64,000 nucleotides of DNA from Candidatus Sulfomarinibacteraceae bacterium. GTDB lineage: Bacteria; Acidobacteriota; Thermoanaerobaculia; Thermoanaerobaculales; Sulfomarinibacteraceae. The stretch spans positions 94,746 through 158,745 of the forward strand of contig CAVQQC010000022.1 of the NCBI GenBank assembly GCA_963714895.1. Direction: 5' to 3'. Below are positions 10,481 to 20,226 of this stretch, piece after piece. The notes under the pieces were generated by a model, which did no database searches, had not been told where the DNA came from, and saw only the letters and a list, made by a program, of their open reading frames with translations. Position 1 is the stretch's first letter. Each line of letters starts with the position of its first letter. The position numbers were made by a program, and so were the translations under genes.

Positions 10481-12109
10481 ATGCCGACCGAAGACAAACG
10501 CTCTGCCATTTCCGTCGACGAGGCGCGGCACCGGGCCGGGATGACGGCTTTCCCCGATCGGGGTGAGGTTCCGCGAATCGGCGGTGTCGGTCTCGAGCCC
10601 GAGCTCTTCCCGATCGTGCGCGACGGCGAGGGCCGTCCGGCGGGTCGGGCGTTGCTGACGCAGCCTGGCGGTCACGGCGTGCTCGAGATCATCGACGAGC
10701 TTGCGACATCCGACGACAGGATCGAGCCCCGCGACGGCAACGCACCCGGACCGGTGGAATACCCGGTTGAGGGCGGTGGAAGGCTCACCTTCGAACCCGG
10801 AGGGCAGGTCGAACACTCGACGGCGGTCTACTCGTGTGTGGCTTCGGCGGTCGCCGACGTCGCCGACGTGCTGGGCCGCGTGCGGCGAGCGTTCGATCAC
10901 CACAACATGTCGCTTGCCGCCATCGGCATGGATATCTGGCACGACGTGGAAACGGTGCCGCAACAGCTTCGGGCGGGCCGCTACACGGCCCAGGCCGCCT
11001 ACTACCGGCAACGCGGACACTGGGGCGCGGTGATGATGCGCCACACCGCCAGCCTGCAGATCAACCTCGATCTCGGTCCGAGTGATACGTGGAAGGAGAG
11101 GTGGTTGCTCTCCAACCTCGCCAGCCCGTTGATGACGGCGACCTTTGCCAGCAGTCCGAGCGAGAGCGCGGTGTGCACCCGGGCGCGGGCGTGGCAGGAA
11201 CTCGATCCGACGCGGAGCGGTTTCCCTTCCCTCCTCGTTCACGGTGAGGGCGACGATCCCCGCGGCGAGTGGGGCCAGGCGGCGCTCGACGCAGATGTCA
11301 TGCTCTACCGGGTCGACGACGGCCATTACGAACCGGGGTGCGTCGGCTGTACCTTTGAAAAGTGGATCGTCGAGGGTCATCCCCGCTGGGGCTGGCCGAC
11401 CGCTGCGGACCTCGATTACCACCTCACCACCCTGTTCTTCGAGGTGCGGCCGCGGGGTTTCCTCGAGTTGCGGGCCGGCGAGGCGCTGCCGAACCAGTGG
11501 CGGCCGGTGCCGGTGGCACTGATGGCAGCGCTCTTCTACGACGATCGCGCGCGGACGGCCGCGTTGGATCTGCTCGGCGACCTCCGCGGCCGCCTTCCCG
11601 AACTGTGGCGGCGCGCGGCCCTCGACGGGGTCCGCGATTCCGATCTGCGAGACCTCGCGTGCAGGCTGTGGAAGATCGGTCTCGACGGCATGCAGGCGCT
11701 GCCGTCCGGTTATGTGGCGGAGGATCAAGTAGCGACGACGCGCGCCTACCTCGAGCACTTCACCGAACAAGGCCGGACGCCGGGGGATGATCTTCTCGAT
11801 CTCAACAACGAAGACCCCGCGGTGGCGTTGGAGTGGGCGAGTTCGCTAAGGCGCGAAATTTCGGATTTCGGATTTCGGATTTCGGAATTCCGGACCGAAC
11901 CTTCACGGCACGTCGATGGCATGGCTCGCCGCCTTCGTCGGCTGGCAATGCGGCAATGGCCGGCCGCGTTGCGGCCTGGCGATGAGGTCATGGTGCACGA
12001 GCACTCCTCACTCTGGGATAGTTGCACCGCCTCACAGCCTCACGACTGCCTCACGGCCTCACTGCCTCAACTGCGCTATTCTCGTTCAGGCCCTTGGAGG
12101 ATGAGATGA
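10481..12109 (+). CDS. Glutamate--cysteine ligase family protein (GCS2/EgtA-like); C-terminus uncertain
   Basis: [46 protein letters not shown]. The ORF has no stop until 12109 because it reads through the heptamer repeat ([11 protein letters not shown]), so it overlaps the pgi start. Confidence 0.7.
   Translation: MPTEDKRSAISVDEARHRAGMTAFPDRGEVPRIGGVGLEPELFPIVRDGEGRPAGRALLTQPGGHGVLEIIDELATSDDRIEPRDGNAPGPVEYPVEGGGRLTFEPGGQVEHSTAVYSCVASAVADVADVLGRVRRAFDHHNMSLAAIGMDIWHDVETVPQQLRAGRYTAQAAYYRQRGHWGAVMMRHTASLQINLDLGPSDTWKERWLLSNLASPLMTATFASSPSESAVCTRARAWQELDPTRSGFPSLLVHGEGDDPRGEWGQAALDADVMLYRVDDGHYEPGCVGCTFEKWIVEGHPRWGWPTAADLDYHLTTLFFEVRPRGFLELRAGEALPNQWRPVPVALMAALFYDDRARTAALDLLGDLRGRLPELWRRAALDGVRDSDLRDLACRLWKIGLDGMQALPSGYVAEDQVATTRAYLEHFTEQGRTPGDDLLDLNNEDPAVALEWASSLRREISDFGFRISEFRTEPSRHVDGMARRLRRLAMRQWPAALRPGDEVMVHEHSSLWDSCTASQPHDCLTASLPQLRYSRSGPWRMR
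11857..11891. repeat. Tandem heptamer (TTTCGGA)n
   Basis: aaatttcggatttcggatttcggatttcggaattcc. Confidence 0.8.
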
Positions 12110-13803
12110 TCTTCGATTCTGAAATCGATCGCGAAGTTCGCACCGGCACGCCGCTGACCGAAACCGCGCCGTGGTTGGCGTTGGCGGCTCACCACCGTGA
12201 GATCGCCGGTGTTCACATGCGCGATCTCTTTGCCCGCGACCCCGGGAGGGCCGACCGGTTCTCGCTGGAACTCGACGACCTGGTGTTCGACTACTCGAAG
12301 AACCGCATCACCGACGAGACCGTCCGCCTGCTGTGCGATCTGGCGCGGGCGAGCGGTGTGCGGGAGGCCGCGGCGGCGATGTTCGCAGGTGAGAGGATCA
12401 ACTGGACCGAGGACCGCGCCGTGCTCCACGTGGCGCTGCGCAACCGGTCCAACACGCCGATCCTGGTCGACGGCGCCGACGTCATGCCGCAGGTCAACAT
12501 CGTTTTGGAAAAGATGCGGAGGTTTTCGGAAGCCGTGCGGGGCGGGGAGTGGACCGGGTTCACCGGTAAGGCCATCACCGACGTGGTCAACATCGGGATC
12601 GGCGGTTCCGATCTCGGCCCGGCGATGATCTGCGAGGCTCTCGGTCCGTATTGCGACGGCCCGCAGGTCCGTTTCATTTCCAACGTCGATGCCACCGATT
12701 TCGTCGAAAAGACCCGCGGCCTCGACCCCGCCCGGACCCTTTTCGTCGTCGCCTCGAAGACCTTCACGACCCAGGAGACCATGACCAATGCCCACACCGC
12801 GCGGCGCTGGCTGGTAGACGCCCTCGGCGACGAGGCGGCGGTGGCCCGGCATTTCGTGGCCCTCTCCACCAACCGCCCGGCGGTGGAGGCCTTCGGCATC
12901 GACCCCGACAACATCTTCGAGTTCTGGGACTGGGTGGGGGGCCGCTACTCCAGTTGGTCGGCGATCGGTCTGACGGTGGCGATCGCGGTCGGGTTCGACC
13001 GATTCGTGGAACTGCTCGAGGGGGCCCATGCCGCGGACCTCCACCTGGTCAAGCAGCCATTCGAGAGCAACATCCCCGTCCTGATGGCCATGCTGGGGAT
13101 CTGGTACCGCGACTTCTTCGGTGCGACGACCCGGGCGGTGCTGCCCTATGACCAGTACCTCCGCCGTTTCCCGGCCTATCTGCAGCAGGCGGACATGGAG
13201 TCCAACGGCAAGTCGGTGGACCGCGACGGCAACCGGGTCGCCTACCAGACGGGTCCGGTGGTGTGGGGCGAACCCGGCACCAACGGCCAGCACGCCTTCT
13301 ACCAGCTGATCCACCAGGGAACATCGTTGGTGCCGTGCGACTTCATCGGCGTGGTGAACTCGCACAATCCGATCGGCGACCACCACGAGAAATTGATGTC
13401 GAATTTCTTCGCCCAGACCGAGGCCTTGATGCTGGGTCGCACCGCGGCCGAGGTCGAGGCGGAGCTGACCGCGAAAGGGCTCGATCCGGAACAAATCGCG
13501 GCCCTCGTTCCGCACAAGGTGTTCGAGGGCAATCGTCCGAGCAATTCGTTCCTGCTCGACCGGGTGACGCCGCGGTCGTTGGGGACCCTGATCGCTCTTT
13601 ACGAGCATGCGATCTTCGTCGAAGGGGTGGTGTGGCGGATCAACAGCTTCGACCAGTGGGGCGTCGAGCTCGGCAAGGTCCTCGCCGGCACCATCCTCGA
13701 CGAGGAGCAACGTCTGCTCGCCGGCGACGCCGTGGATCTGTCCCACCACGACAGCTCGACCCAGGCGCTGATCGAGCGTTACGCGTCGCGACGAGACCGG
13801 TAG
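12106..13803 (+). CDS. pgi: Glucose-6-phosphate isomerase
   Basis: Full-length PGI similarity: [58 protein letters not shown]. Confidence 0.93.
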   Translation: MIFDSEIDREVRTGTPLTETAPWLALAAHHREIAGVHMRDLFARDPGRADRFSLELDDLVFDYSKNRITDETVRLLCDLARASGVREAAAAMFAGERINWTEDRAVLHVALRNRSNTPILVDGADVMPQVNIVLEKMRRFSEAVRGGEWTGFTGKAITDVVNIGIGGSDLGPAMICEALGPYCDGPQVRFISNVDATDFVEKTRGLDPARTLFVVASKTFTTQETMTNAHTARRWLVDALGDEAAVARHFVALSTNRPAVEAFGIDPDNIFEFWDWVGGRYSSWSAIGLTVAIAVGFDRFVELLEGAHAADLHLVKQPFESNIPVLMAMLGIWYRDFFGATTRAVLPYDQYLRRFPAYLQQADMESNGKSVDRDGNRVAYQTGPVVWGEPGTNGQHAFYQLIHQGTSLVPCDFIGVVNSHNPIGDHHEKLMSNFFAQTEALMLGRTAAEVEAELTAKGLDPEQIAALVPHKVFEGNRPSNSFLLDRVTPRSLGTLIALYEHAIFVEGVVWRINSFDQWGVELGKVLAGTILDEEQRLLAGDAVDLSHHDSSTQALIERYASRRDR

Positions 13804-13814
13804 CGGAGAGACAA

Positions 13815-13882
13815 CCGCAGATAACGCAGATAGACGCAGATCCATCGCACCGTCGCAACCACAGAGACACAGAGACACAGAG
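13815..13882. repeat. Short tandem repeats (CGCAGATAN)3 and (CACAGAGA)3
   Basis: cgcagataacgcagatagacgcagat ... cacagagacacagagacacagag. Confidence 0.7.
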
Positions 13883-14069
13883 GGGCGTCGCCTGCGTCAA
13901 TGAGGTCGCCTGGAGTGGCCGGCGGAAGGCCGGTGATCTCGCGATCACCGGCCCCCGGTGAAAAGCCCGACCGCTCCGAACGCGAGCGTTCGTCACGGTC
14001 GATCTTCACCCCGGCCGACGCGCAGGAAGCGCGTCGGTCCCGCCTGGGTTGCTCTCATGATGTCGATCC

Positions 14070-14098
14070 GTAGGGTGGGCTTCAGCCCACCATCAGAG
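14070..14098. repeat. REP-like hairpin GTAG-GGTGGGC-ttca-GCCCACC
   Basis: gtagggtgggcttcagcccaccatcagag. The same unit recurs at 27064-27090 (inverted) and 27118-27146. Confidence 0.75.
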
Positions 14099-14144
14099 TT
14101 GTTCAAGTAGGTGCCAACTTCGAGGGACCTTGTAACAATTCATC

Positions 14145-14328
14145 GCAGGGGAGCAGGGCAGAGCAGGGGAGCAGGGGAGCAGGGGCGAGCAGGGGAGCAG
14201 GGGAAACAAGCCCCTTATCACGAAGCGGCGATCAAATTCGAAATCCGAAATCCGAAATCCGAAATCTGCGATGGCTCCCTTTCTCCCTTTCTCCCTTTCT
14301 CCCTTTCCCCCTTTCGCCTTTTCTCCCG
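14145..14328. repeat. Composite block of three different tandem repeats: (CAGGGGAG)n, (AAATCCG)n, (CTCCCTTT)n
   Basis: 14145-14204 octamer array, 14236-14266 heptamer array, 14276-14327 octamer array, read directly. Confidence 0.75.
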
Positions 14329-14413
14329 TGCCCCACTGCACTTCTGCTATTTCTCAGGTTTCTCCGGGCGGCCGGGTTAGAATGCCGGTTCCCCGTAGCG
14401 GGCTGGAGGATCC

Positions 14414-15245
14414 ATGACCCTGATTCGCGTGGCGCACTCGCCGGACTCCGACGACGCCTTCATGTTCTACGCCCTGGCCAACGGACTCATCGACACCGGC
14501 GATCTGCAGTTCGAACACATGCTGTCCGACATCGAGACCCTCAACAAGGCGGCCTTCGAAGGCACCTACGAGGTGACGGCGGTGTCGATCCACGCCTACG
14601 CCCACCTCGACGACCGCTACGCGCTGCTCGGATCGGGCGCCTCCATGGGAGACGGCTACGGCCCGGTGCTGGTGGCGCGCGAGCCGGTCGGCGATGAGGA
14701 ATTACGTTCGATCAGGGTGGCCATCCCCGGCCGTCTGACCTCGGCGGCGCTGGCCCTCAAGATGTGGAACCCGTCTTTGCAGACCGTCATCTACGATTTC
14801 GACGCCATCATGCCGGCGGTTCGCTCGGGCGAGGTGGATGCCGGGGTCGTGATCCACGAAGGGCCAGCTCACCTGGCAGGACGAGGGCTTTGCCAAGATC
14901 GTCGACCTCGGCGTGTGGTGGGCCGAGGAGACCGGCGGCCTGCCGTTGCCGCTCGGCGGCAACGTGATCCGCCGGGATCTTGGCAGCGAGACGTGTCAGC
15001 GCGCCGCGGCGCTGCTCAGGGCCTCCATCGAGTACTCGCTCGCCAACCGGGAGAAGGCCCTCGACTACGCCCTCGACTACGGCCGCGGTCTCGACCGCGA
15101 CAAGGCGGACCGGTTCGTCGGGATGTACGTCAACGAGCTGACGGTCGACTACGGCGAACGCGGGCGCGCGGGGATGAAGACCTTTCTCGATCGCGCTTTC
15201 GCCGCAGGCCTCATCCCGAAGGTGCCGCAGCTCGATTACCTCTGA
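14414..15245 (+). CDS. MqnA/MqnD/SBP-family protein (futalosine-pathway menaquinone biosynthesis family; one frameshift as assembled)
   Basis: N-terminal VAHSPDSDDAFMFYALANGLIDTGDLQFEHMLSDIETLN. The C-terminal part continues in the next frame (QLTWQDEGFAKIVDLGVWWAEETGGLPLPLGGNVIRRDLG). The join is at GGG 14861-14863. Confidence 0.7.
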
Positions 15246-16389
15246 TCTCGACCACGAGCGCTGCGATCGCGCCGAGGACCGCGCAAGCGGCGAGCAGCAT
15301 CCAGACCAGGCTCCAGTTTCCGGTACGGTCGTGGACCGCGCCGGCGATCGCCGGGCCGGCGAGGTTGCCGAGATTTGAAAACGCGGTGATGAAACCGAAG
15401 GCGAAGCCGACCCGGGTGGCCGCTACGAGCGTCGCCGGCAGCGAGTAGGTTGCGGTTGCGACGGTGGCGAAGGTCGCACCGACGAGGAGCATGGCGGGCG
15501 CCGGCGGGAGAAATTGAAACGCCATGCCCGCGAGGACGATGGTCAGCAGCAGTTGGCCTGCCAGCAGCCAGCGCCCGGCGCGTCCGGTGCGGTCGATCAG
15601 CATCCCGGTGATCGGGCCGAGGAAGATCGCGACCCAGGGAATCAGACTCACGGTCAGGAGCGCGCCGGCGCCGCCGCCGGCCCACTCGGGCGCGAAGGTG
15701 AAGATCGAGGCGTAGGCGGCGAAGAAGAGCAGCCAGGAGAGGGCCAGGGCGACCAGGGGTGTCGACAACCACGGCTGCCGGCGCTGATCTTCGGTTGCGG
15801 CTTCGCCGCGAAGGTCGCGCGGCACGGCGAGGTTGTGGAGGGGGATCGCTAGGATCACCATGACCGCCAACGCCGCCAGTTCGCCGCGCCAGCCGAACGC
15901 GGCCAGCAGTCTCGGGTGGAGGGTAAACATCACGATCATGCTCGCCGGGTAGACCGCGTTGAAGATGCCCATTGCCAATGCCAGTTCCCGGCCGGCGAAT
16001 GCCGTCGAAACGAGACGGGCGAGCAGCAGGTTGATGGCCAGCCCGCCGACCCCGAAGAGCAATCGCCCCGCGACCAGCACGGTGTAGCTTGGCGCGAGGG
16101 CGAACAACCCCGCGCCGATGGCCATCAACCCGAGGGCCACGTTGCCGGTGGCGCGCGCGGGCCAGCGGTCGATGGCGGCACCGAGCGGGATCGAGAACAG
16201 AATCGCCGGTACCGAGATCGCTCCCATCAACACGCCGATGGCGAGGTGCGAAAGTCCGAACCTGGACACCAGTTCGGGGACCAGCGGCGGGACGGCGAAG
16301 AAGGTCACGCCGACGGAGAAGAAGCTCACGACGGTCGAGGCGAGGATCAGCCAGCGGCGGGCGGAGAGGTCGTTGTGCATGGGGGGCAT
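15211..16389 (-). CDS. MFS transporter
   Basis: About 12 predicted TM helices. Start taken at MPPMHNDLSARRW (16389). The longer ORF upstream only translates the tandem repeat. 35-bp convergent overlap with the previous gene. Confidence 0.8.
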   Translation of the reverse strand: MPPMHNDLSARRWLILASTVVSFFSVGVTFFAVPPLVPELVSRFGLSHLAIGVLMGAISVPAILFSIPLGAAIDRWPARATGNVALGLMAIGAGLFALAPSYTVLVAGRLLFGVGGLAINLLLARLVSTAFAGRELALAMGIFNAVYPASMIVMFTLHPRLLAAFGWRGELAALAVMVILAIPLHNLAVPRDLRGEAATEDQRRQPWLSTPLVALALSWLLFFAAYASIFTFAPEWAGGGAGALLTVSLIPWVAIFLGPITGMLIDRTGRAGRWLLAGQLLLTIVLAGMAFQFLPPAPAMLLVGATFATVATATYSLPATLVAATRVGFAFGFITAFSNLGNLAGPAIAGAVHDRTGNWSLVWMLLAACAVLGAIAALVVEIRGNRAAAPSG

Positions 16390-16430
16390 GATACAGGCAA
16401 CGGAAAGGCATTGAGGCAGTGAGGCAGTGA

Positions 16431-16640
16431 GGCAATGGGGCAGTGGTCGGCCGCGTTGCGGCCTGGCAATGGGGCAATGAGGCAGTGGTCGGCCGCTCTG
16501 CGGCCTGGCAATGAGGCCATGGGTCAGTGGTCGCCCGCGCTGCAGCCTGGCAATGGGGCAATGAGGCAGGGTCGGCCGCTCTGCGGCCTGGCAAGGGCCA
16601 TGGGCGGTGGTCGGCCGCGCTGCAGCCTGGCATGAGGCCG
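16431..16640. repeat. Tandem array, about 42-bp unit x5, each unit with a GGCCGC-nnn-GCGGCC hairpin
   Basis: Units such as ggcaatgRggcagtggtcggccgcKYtgcggcctggcaat. Flanked by (GAGGCAGT)n at 16411-16430 and (GCCTCACT)n at 16644-16685. A single related unit lies at about 11935-11990. Confidence 0.8.
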
Positions 16641-16750
16641 CGGGCCTCACTGCCTCACTGCCACACCGCCTCACTGCCTCACTGCCCATCCACACCGCCC
16701 GATGGAAGCCTCACGCCATCCCCGACGTTGACCTGCAGTCGAGCCTGCCG

Positions 16751-16791
16751 TTGACACTTTGAAACATCTGTTTAATACTCTCGTTTGAAAC
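16751..16791 (+). promoter_or_regulatory. Putative sigma70-type promoter with palindromic TetR operators
   Basis: TTGACA (16751-16756), 17 nt, AATACT (16774-16779). Palindromes AAACA-TC-TGTTT (16762-16773) and GTTT-G-AAAC (16783-16791). Confidence 0.4.
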
Positions 16792-16794
16792 AGG

Positions 16795-17514
16795 TGTTGG
16801 GAGTGTGTATGGAGACTGAAATGGACGCGGTGGTCGGAGGCGCACGAGGCGGAGGACACCCGGGACAGGATCCTCGAGTCGTCGCGCAAGCTCTTTGCTG
16901 AGAAGGGTTTCGATCTGACTTCGGTGCGCGACATCACGACTGATGCCGGGTGCAACGTGGCTTCGGTGAACTACCATTTCGGCGGCAAGGACAATCTCTA
17001 CCTGGAGACCTTCCGCTCGATGTTGGCTTTTCTCCGGGAACAGCGGCTGTCAGTCCTCGACAAAATCATGGAACGCAAGCCGCCGCCGACGCTCGAGGAG
17101 TTCCTGCGGTCGTTCGCGGAGGGCTTTGTCGACCCCCTGACCGACGAGAGCCGGGGTCGGCTCTTCATGGCGCTGGTATCGAGGGAAATGTCGGACGCCC
17201 GGTTGCCGCACGATGTCTTCCTCAACGAGTTCATCCACCCGATCCTCGAACGGGCGATGGTGGCCCTGGCCGAGTTCGGGCCGCAACTCGAGCCCGCCGC
17301 GGCCCGCATGTGCATCATGTCGATGGTCGGTCAGCTGTTGCACGCCCTGAGGGCGCACCACCTGTTCACCGCGCAGGGAGCCTCGGAGCTGATGCCCGAG
17401 CGTCTTTCGGACTACGTTGCCCACTTCGTCACATTCTCGGTCGGCGGGATCAACGCGTGCGCCGTCGCACCTGCGACTGACGGCAGCGCACTTGCCGGGG
17501 AGGCCCATTCATGA
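16795..17514 (+). CDS. TetR/AcrR family transcriptional regulator (start uncertain)
   Basis: HTH region DTRDRILESSRKLFAEKGFDLTSVRDITTDAGCNVASVNYHFGGKDNLY. First possible in-frame start is GTG 16795. Confidence 0.8.
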   Translation, partial: CWECVWRLKWTRWSEAHEAEDTRDRILESSRKLFAEKGFDLTSVRDITTDAGCNVASVNYHFGGKDNLYLETFRSMLAFLREQRLSVLDKIMERKPPPTLEEFLRSFAEGFVDPLTDESRGRLFMALVSREMSDARLPHDVFLNEFIHPILERAMVALAEFGPQLEPAAARMCIMSMVGQLLHALRAHHLFTAQGASELMPERLSDYVAHFVTFSVGGINACAVAPATDGSALAGEAHS

Positions 17515-19136
17515 TCAACCGAAGAATTACCCGACGGGCGGTCGCGGCCGTCGCCCTGGTCTTCGCGGTGGGGTGCACACTCGGCCCCGATCCCGAACGC
17601 CCGACGACTGCGGCCGATGTCGGCTCGAGCTACGTCTACGCGCCCGAAGACTCCACGGGGCCGTTGCCGGAGGTGACGCCGTGGTGGCGGGAATTCGGCG
17701 ACGAGACCACCACCGAGCTCGTCGAGCTCGCCCTCGCCCACAACACCGATCTGCGGGCGGCGGCGGCGCGGGTCCTGGAGGCCGAGGCCAACCTGAGCCG
17801 CGCGGGCGGCGCGAGATTGCCCCAGGTCGGCTACGGCGCCGCGGCATCAACCCAACGGAACTCGTTCGTGCTGCCGAACATCGGGCGCCAGGACATTGAC
17901 TCCACGACCTACTCCTACAACTTCAACGTGTCCTGGCAGGCCGATCTCTTCGGCCGCCTCAAGCGAACCCAGCAGTCGACCTGGGCCACCCTGCTGGCTG
18001 AAGAGGCGGCGCGAGAAGCCGTGGTCCACTCGGTGGTCGCCGCGGTCGTCCGCGCGCGGGTTCTGGTCGCCACGACCGCGTGGGCGCTGGACATCAACCG
18101 GCAGATCACCGCGAGTTGGGAGTCGACCACGCGAACGGTCGACCGCCGCTATCGGGCCGGCATCGCCGGCGCTGTCGAGCTCCACCTGGCGCGCGAAAAC
18201 CTGGCATCGGCGCGTGCTTCCGAAGCGACTTTGGAGGGCCAGCTCGAACTGGCGCGGCTCGCTCTGGACGTGCTCGTCGGCCGCCGACCAGGCAGCGCCG
18301 AGATGCTTCCGGCCACCATGCCGCAGCTCCCGTCGCTCGATCCCGTACCGCTCGGTCTACCGGCGGCCCTCCTCGACCGCCGGCCCGATCTGCGGCGCGC
18401 CGAGATGCAGCTTTCAGCCGCCACCTACGGCGTCGGCGCGGCGATCGCAAACCTCTATCCGGATCTCAGTCTGACCGGTTCGGTCGGAGAGTCTGCAGAT
18501 TCGTTCAACCAACTCGATCTGACAAACTTCGTCTACAACATCGTCGCCAACCTCACCGGTCCGCTCTTCAGCGGCGGTCAGCGGCGGGCGGATGTCGATG
18601 CAGCCAAGGCGCGGGCCGAACAGGCTGCGGCGGTGTACGCGGGGGCGGTGTTGAACGCGCTTCGCGAGGTCGAGGATGCGCTGGTGCTCGGCGACTCGTC
18701 GGTTCAGAATTTCTACCTGACGACCGATCGCGTTGCCGAGGCCCGTGCAGCGGACAGCCTCGCGAAACAGCGTTATCAGCGCGGCGTGGAGACCCTGCTC
18801 ACGGTTCTCGAGACCGAGCGTCGGCTGCGTCTCGCCGAACAGGCGATCGTCAACAGCACCATCAGCGTGTGGAACGCACGCATCGATCTCTTCCTCGCCC
18901 TCGGCGGCGACTGGGGCACCGATCCCCCGGATGCCGAACCCGATCGCAGTCGTTGCGAGCCGAGACCCAAGCCGATTCCGAAAATCCGAAATCCGAAATC
19001 CGAAATCCGAAATCTGAAGAGGTACTCTGATGTCTTCCAAAACCCTCAAGTTCGTCATTCCCGTTCTCGTCGTCATCGCCGGTTTCGCCGCAGCAGCAGT
19101 CATCACGTCGGCCCGCAAAGCGCCGCCCAGGGTTGA
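17511..19136 (+). CDS. RND efflux outer-membrane lipoprotein (NodT family); C-terminus uncertain
   Basis: Lipobox VFAVGC and two TolC-like repeats ending ...IDLFLALGGDWG. The ORF then reads through the (AAATCCG)n repeat and 107 nt into the next gene. Confidence 0.85.
   Translation: MINRRITRRAVAAVALVFAVGCTLGPDPERPTTAADVGSSYVYAPEDSTGPLPEVTPWWREFGDETTTELVELALAHNTDLRAAAARVLEAEANLSRAGGARLPQVGYGAAASTQRNSFVLPNIGRQDIDSTTYSYNFNVSWQADLFGRLKRTQQSTWATLLAEEAAREAVVHSVVAAVVRARVLVATTAWALDINRQITASWESTTRTVDRRYRAGIAGAVELHLARENLASARASEATLEGQLELARLALDVLVGRRPGSAEMLPATMPQLPSLDPVPLGLPAALLDRRPDLRRAEMQLSAATYGVGAAIANLYPDLSLTGSVGESADSFNQLDLTNFVYNIVANLTGPLFSGGQRRADVDAAKARAEQAAAVYAGAVLNALREVEDALVLGDSSVQNFYLTTDRVAEARAADSLAKQRYQRGVETLLTVLETERRLRLAEQAIVNSTISVWNARIDLFLALGGDWGTDPPDAEPDRSRCEPRPKPIPKIRNPKSEIRNLKRYSDVFQNPQVRHSRSRRHRRFRRSSSHHVGPQSAAQG
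18976..19016. repeat. Tandem heptamer (AAATCCG)n
   Basis: ccgaaaatccgaaatccgaaatccgaaatccgaaatctg. Confidence 0.85.
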
Positions 19137-20226
19137 CCGTCCGGCCCTCGGACCCCTGGTCGAGGTCATGCCGGTCGAGATCACCGATGTGCCGGTGGTC
19201 GTTTCCGGCCACGGCGAGGTCGTGGCGAAGGTGTCGGTGGACATCGTCCCGCAGGTTGCGGGCCAGGTGGTCGCGACCCATCGCTCGCTGGTGGCCGGTG
19301 GGTTCTTCAGGAGTGGTGAGGTTCTGGTGGAAATCGACCCCCGAGACTACGAGCTCGCGGTGGAGCGCGCGCAGGCGGCGGTGGCGCGGGCCAAGGTCAC
19401 GCTCGAACGCGAGCAGGCGGAGGCCGAGGTCGCCCGCGAGGAGTGGAACGGGCTGCATCCGGACGAGGAGCCGACCGCGCTGGTGATCCGCGAGCCCCAG
19501 ATCCGCCAGGCCGAGGCCGAGTACGCGGCCGCGGTTGCCGATCTCAGTGTCGCCAAGCTCAACCTCGAAAGGACCAGGTTGTCGTTGCCCTTCGACGGCG
19601 TGGTCGTGTCCGAGAACGTCGATGTCGGGCAGTTCGTCGGCAACGGCAGCAGGTTGGCCACCGTCTACGGAACGGACGTGGTCGAGGTTCGGGTTCCGCT
19701 GGACAGCGGCGAGATGGCGTGGTTCGACGTGCCCTCACGCCGAGGTGGCACGGGCGCGATCGCAGAGGTGAGCGTCGATTCCGGCAGCGCCCGCTCCGTT
19801 TGGGAGGGCAGGGTGACGCGGATGGAGGCGCAGGTCGACCAGATGTCGCGCATGGTGCACGTCGTGATCGAGGTGCCGCGCCCGTATGAGATCTCGACCG
19901 ACCACGCGGCGCTGCTTCCCGGAACTTTTGTTGATGTCCGCATCTTGGGGCGCACATTGGAAGGGATTGCCGCGGTGCCCAGATACGCCATCCATGACGG
20001 CGACCGGGTGTGGGTGTTCGCGGACGGCGCGCTCGAGGTCCGTGATGTCGAGGTGGTTCGTGCCGACCGTCAACAGACGCTCCTGTCTTCGGGCCTTGAC
20101 GAAGGCGATCTGGTGATCTTGAGCTCGCTCGACGCGGTCACCGACGGAATGACGATTCGCCGCGCCGAGACGCCGATCGCCCCTGTTTTGGAAGTGAAAA
20201 ACCCTGAGGCTGGAGGCGCGGTATGA
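19030..20226 (+). CDS. RND efflux membrane fusion protein (HlyD/AcrA family)
   Basis: N-terminal TM anchor, coiled-coil (ELAVERAQAAVARAKVTLEREQAEAEVAR) and beta-barrel domain. ATGA overlap with the RND pump gene. Confidence 0.9.
   Translation: MSSKTLKFVIPVLVVIAGFAAAAVITSARKAPPRVDRPALGPLVEVMPVEITDVPVVVSGHGEVVAKVSVDIVPQVAGQVVATHRSLVAGGFFRSGEVLVEIDPRDYELAVERAQAAVARAKVTLEREQAEAEVAREEWNGLHPDEEPTALVIREPQIRQAEAEYAAAVADLSVAKLNLERTRLSLPFDGVVVSENVDVGQFVGNGSRLATVYGTDVVEVRVPLDSGEMAWFDVPSRRGGTGAIAEVSVDSGSARSVWEGRVTRMEAQVDQMSRMVHVVIEVPRPYEISTDHAALLPGTFVDVRILGRTLEGIAAVPRYAIHDGDRVWVFADGALEVRDVEVVRADRQQTLLSSGLDEGDLVILSSLDAVTDGMTIRRAETPIAPVLEVKNPEAGGAV

Noticed and set aside
10229-13878. Long antisense ORFs: 10229-11770(-), 12076-13878(-), and similarly 20994-23018(-), 29909-31735(+), 60672-62696(+), 56813-57550(+).
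   Set aside because: These are Arg/Gly/Pro/Asp-rich low-complexity translations opposite well-supported genes, typical shadow ORFs of high-GC DNA.
16435-16635. ORFs made of repeated peptides (MGQWSAALRPGNGAMRQW...), and similar repeat-only ORFs (4077-4316, 14093-14380, 29220-29558, 57441-57700).
   Set aside because: They are translations of tandem or inverted DNA repeats with no start/RBS context and the same openness on both strands.
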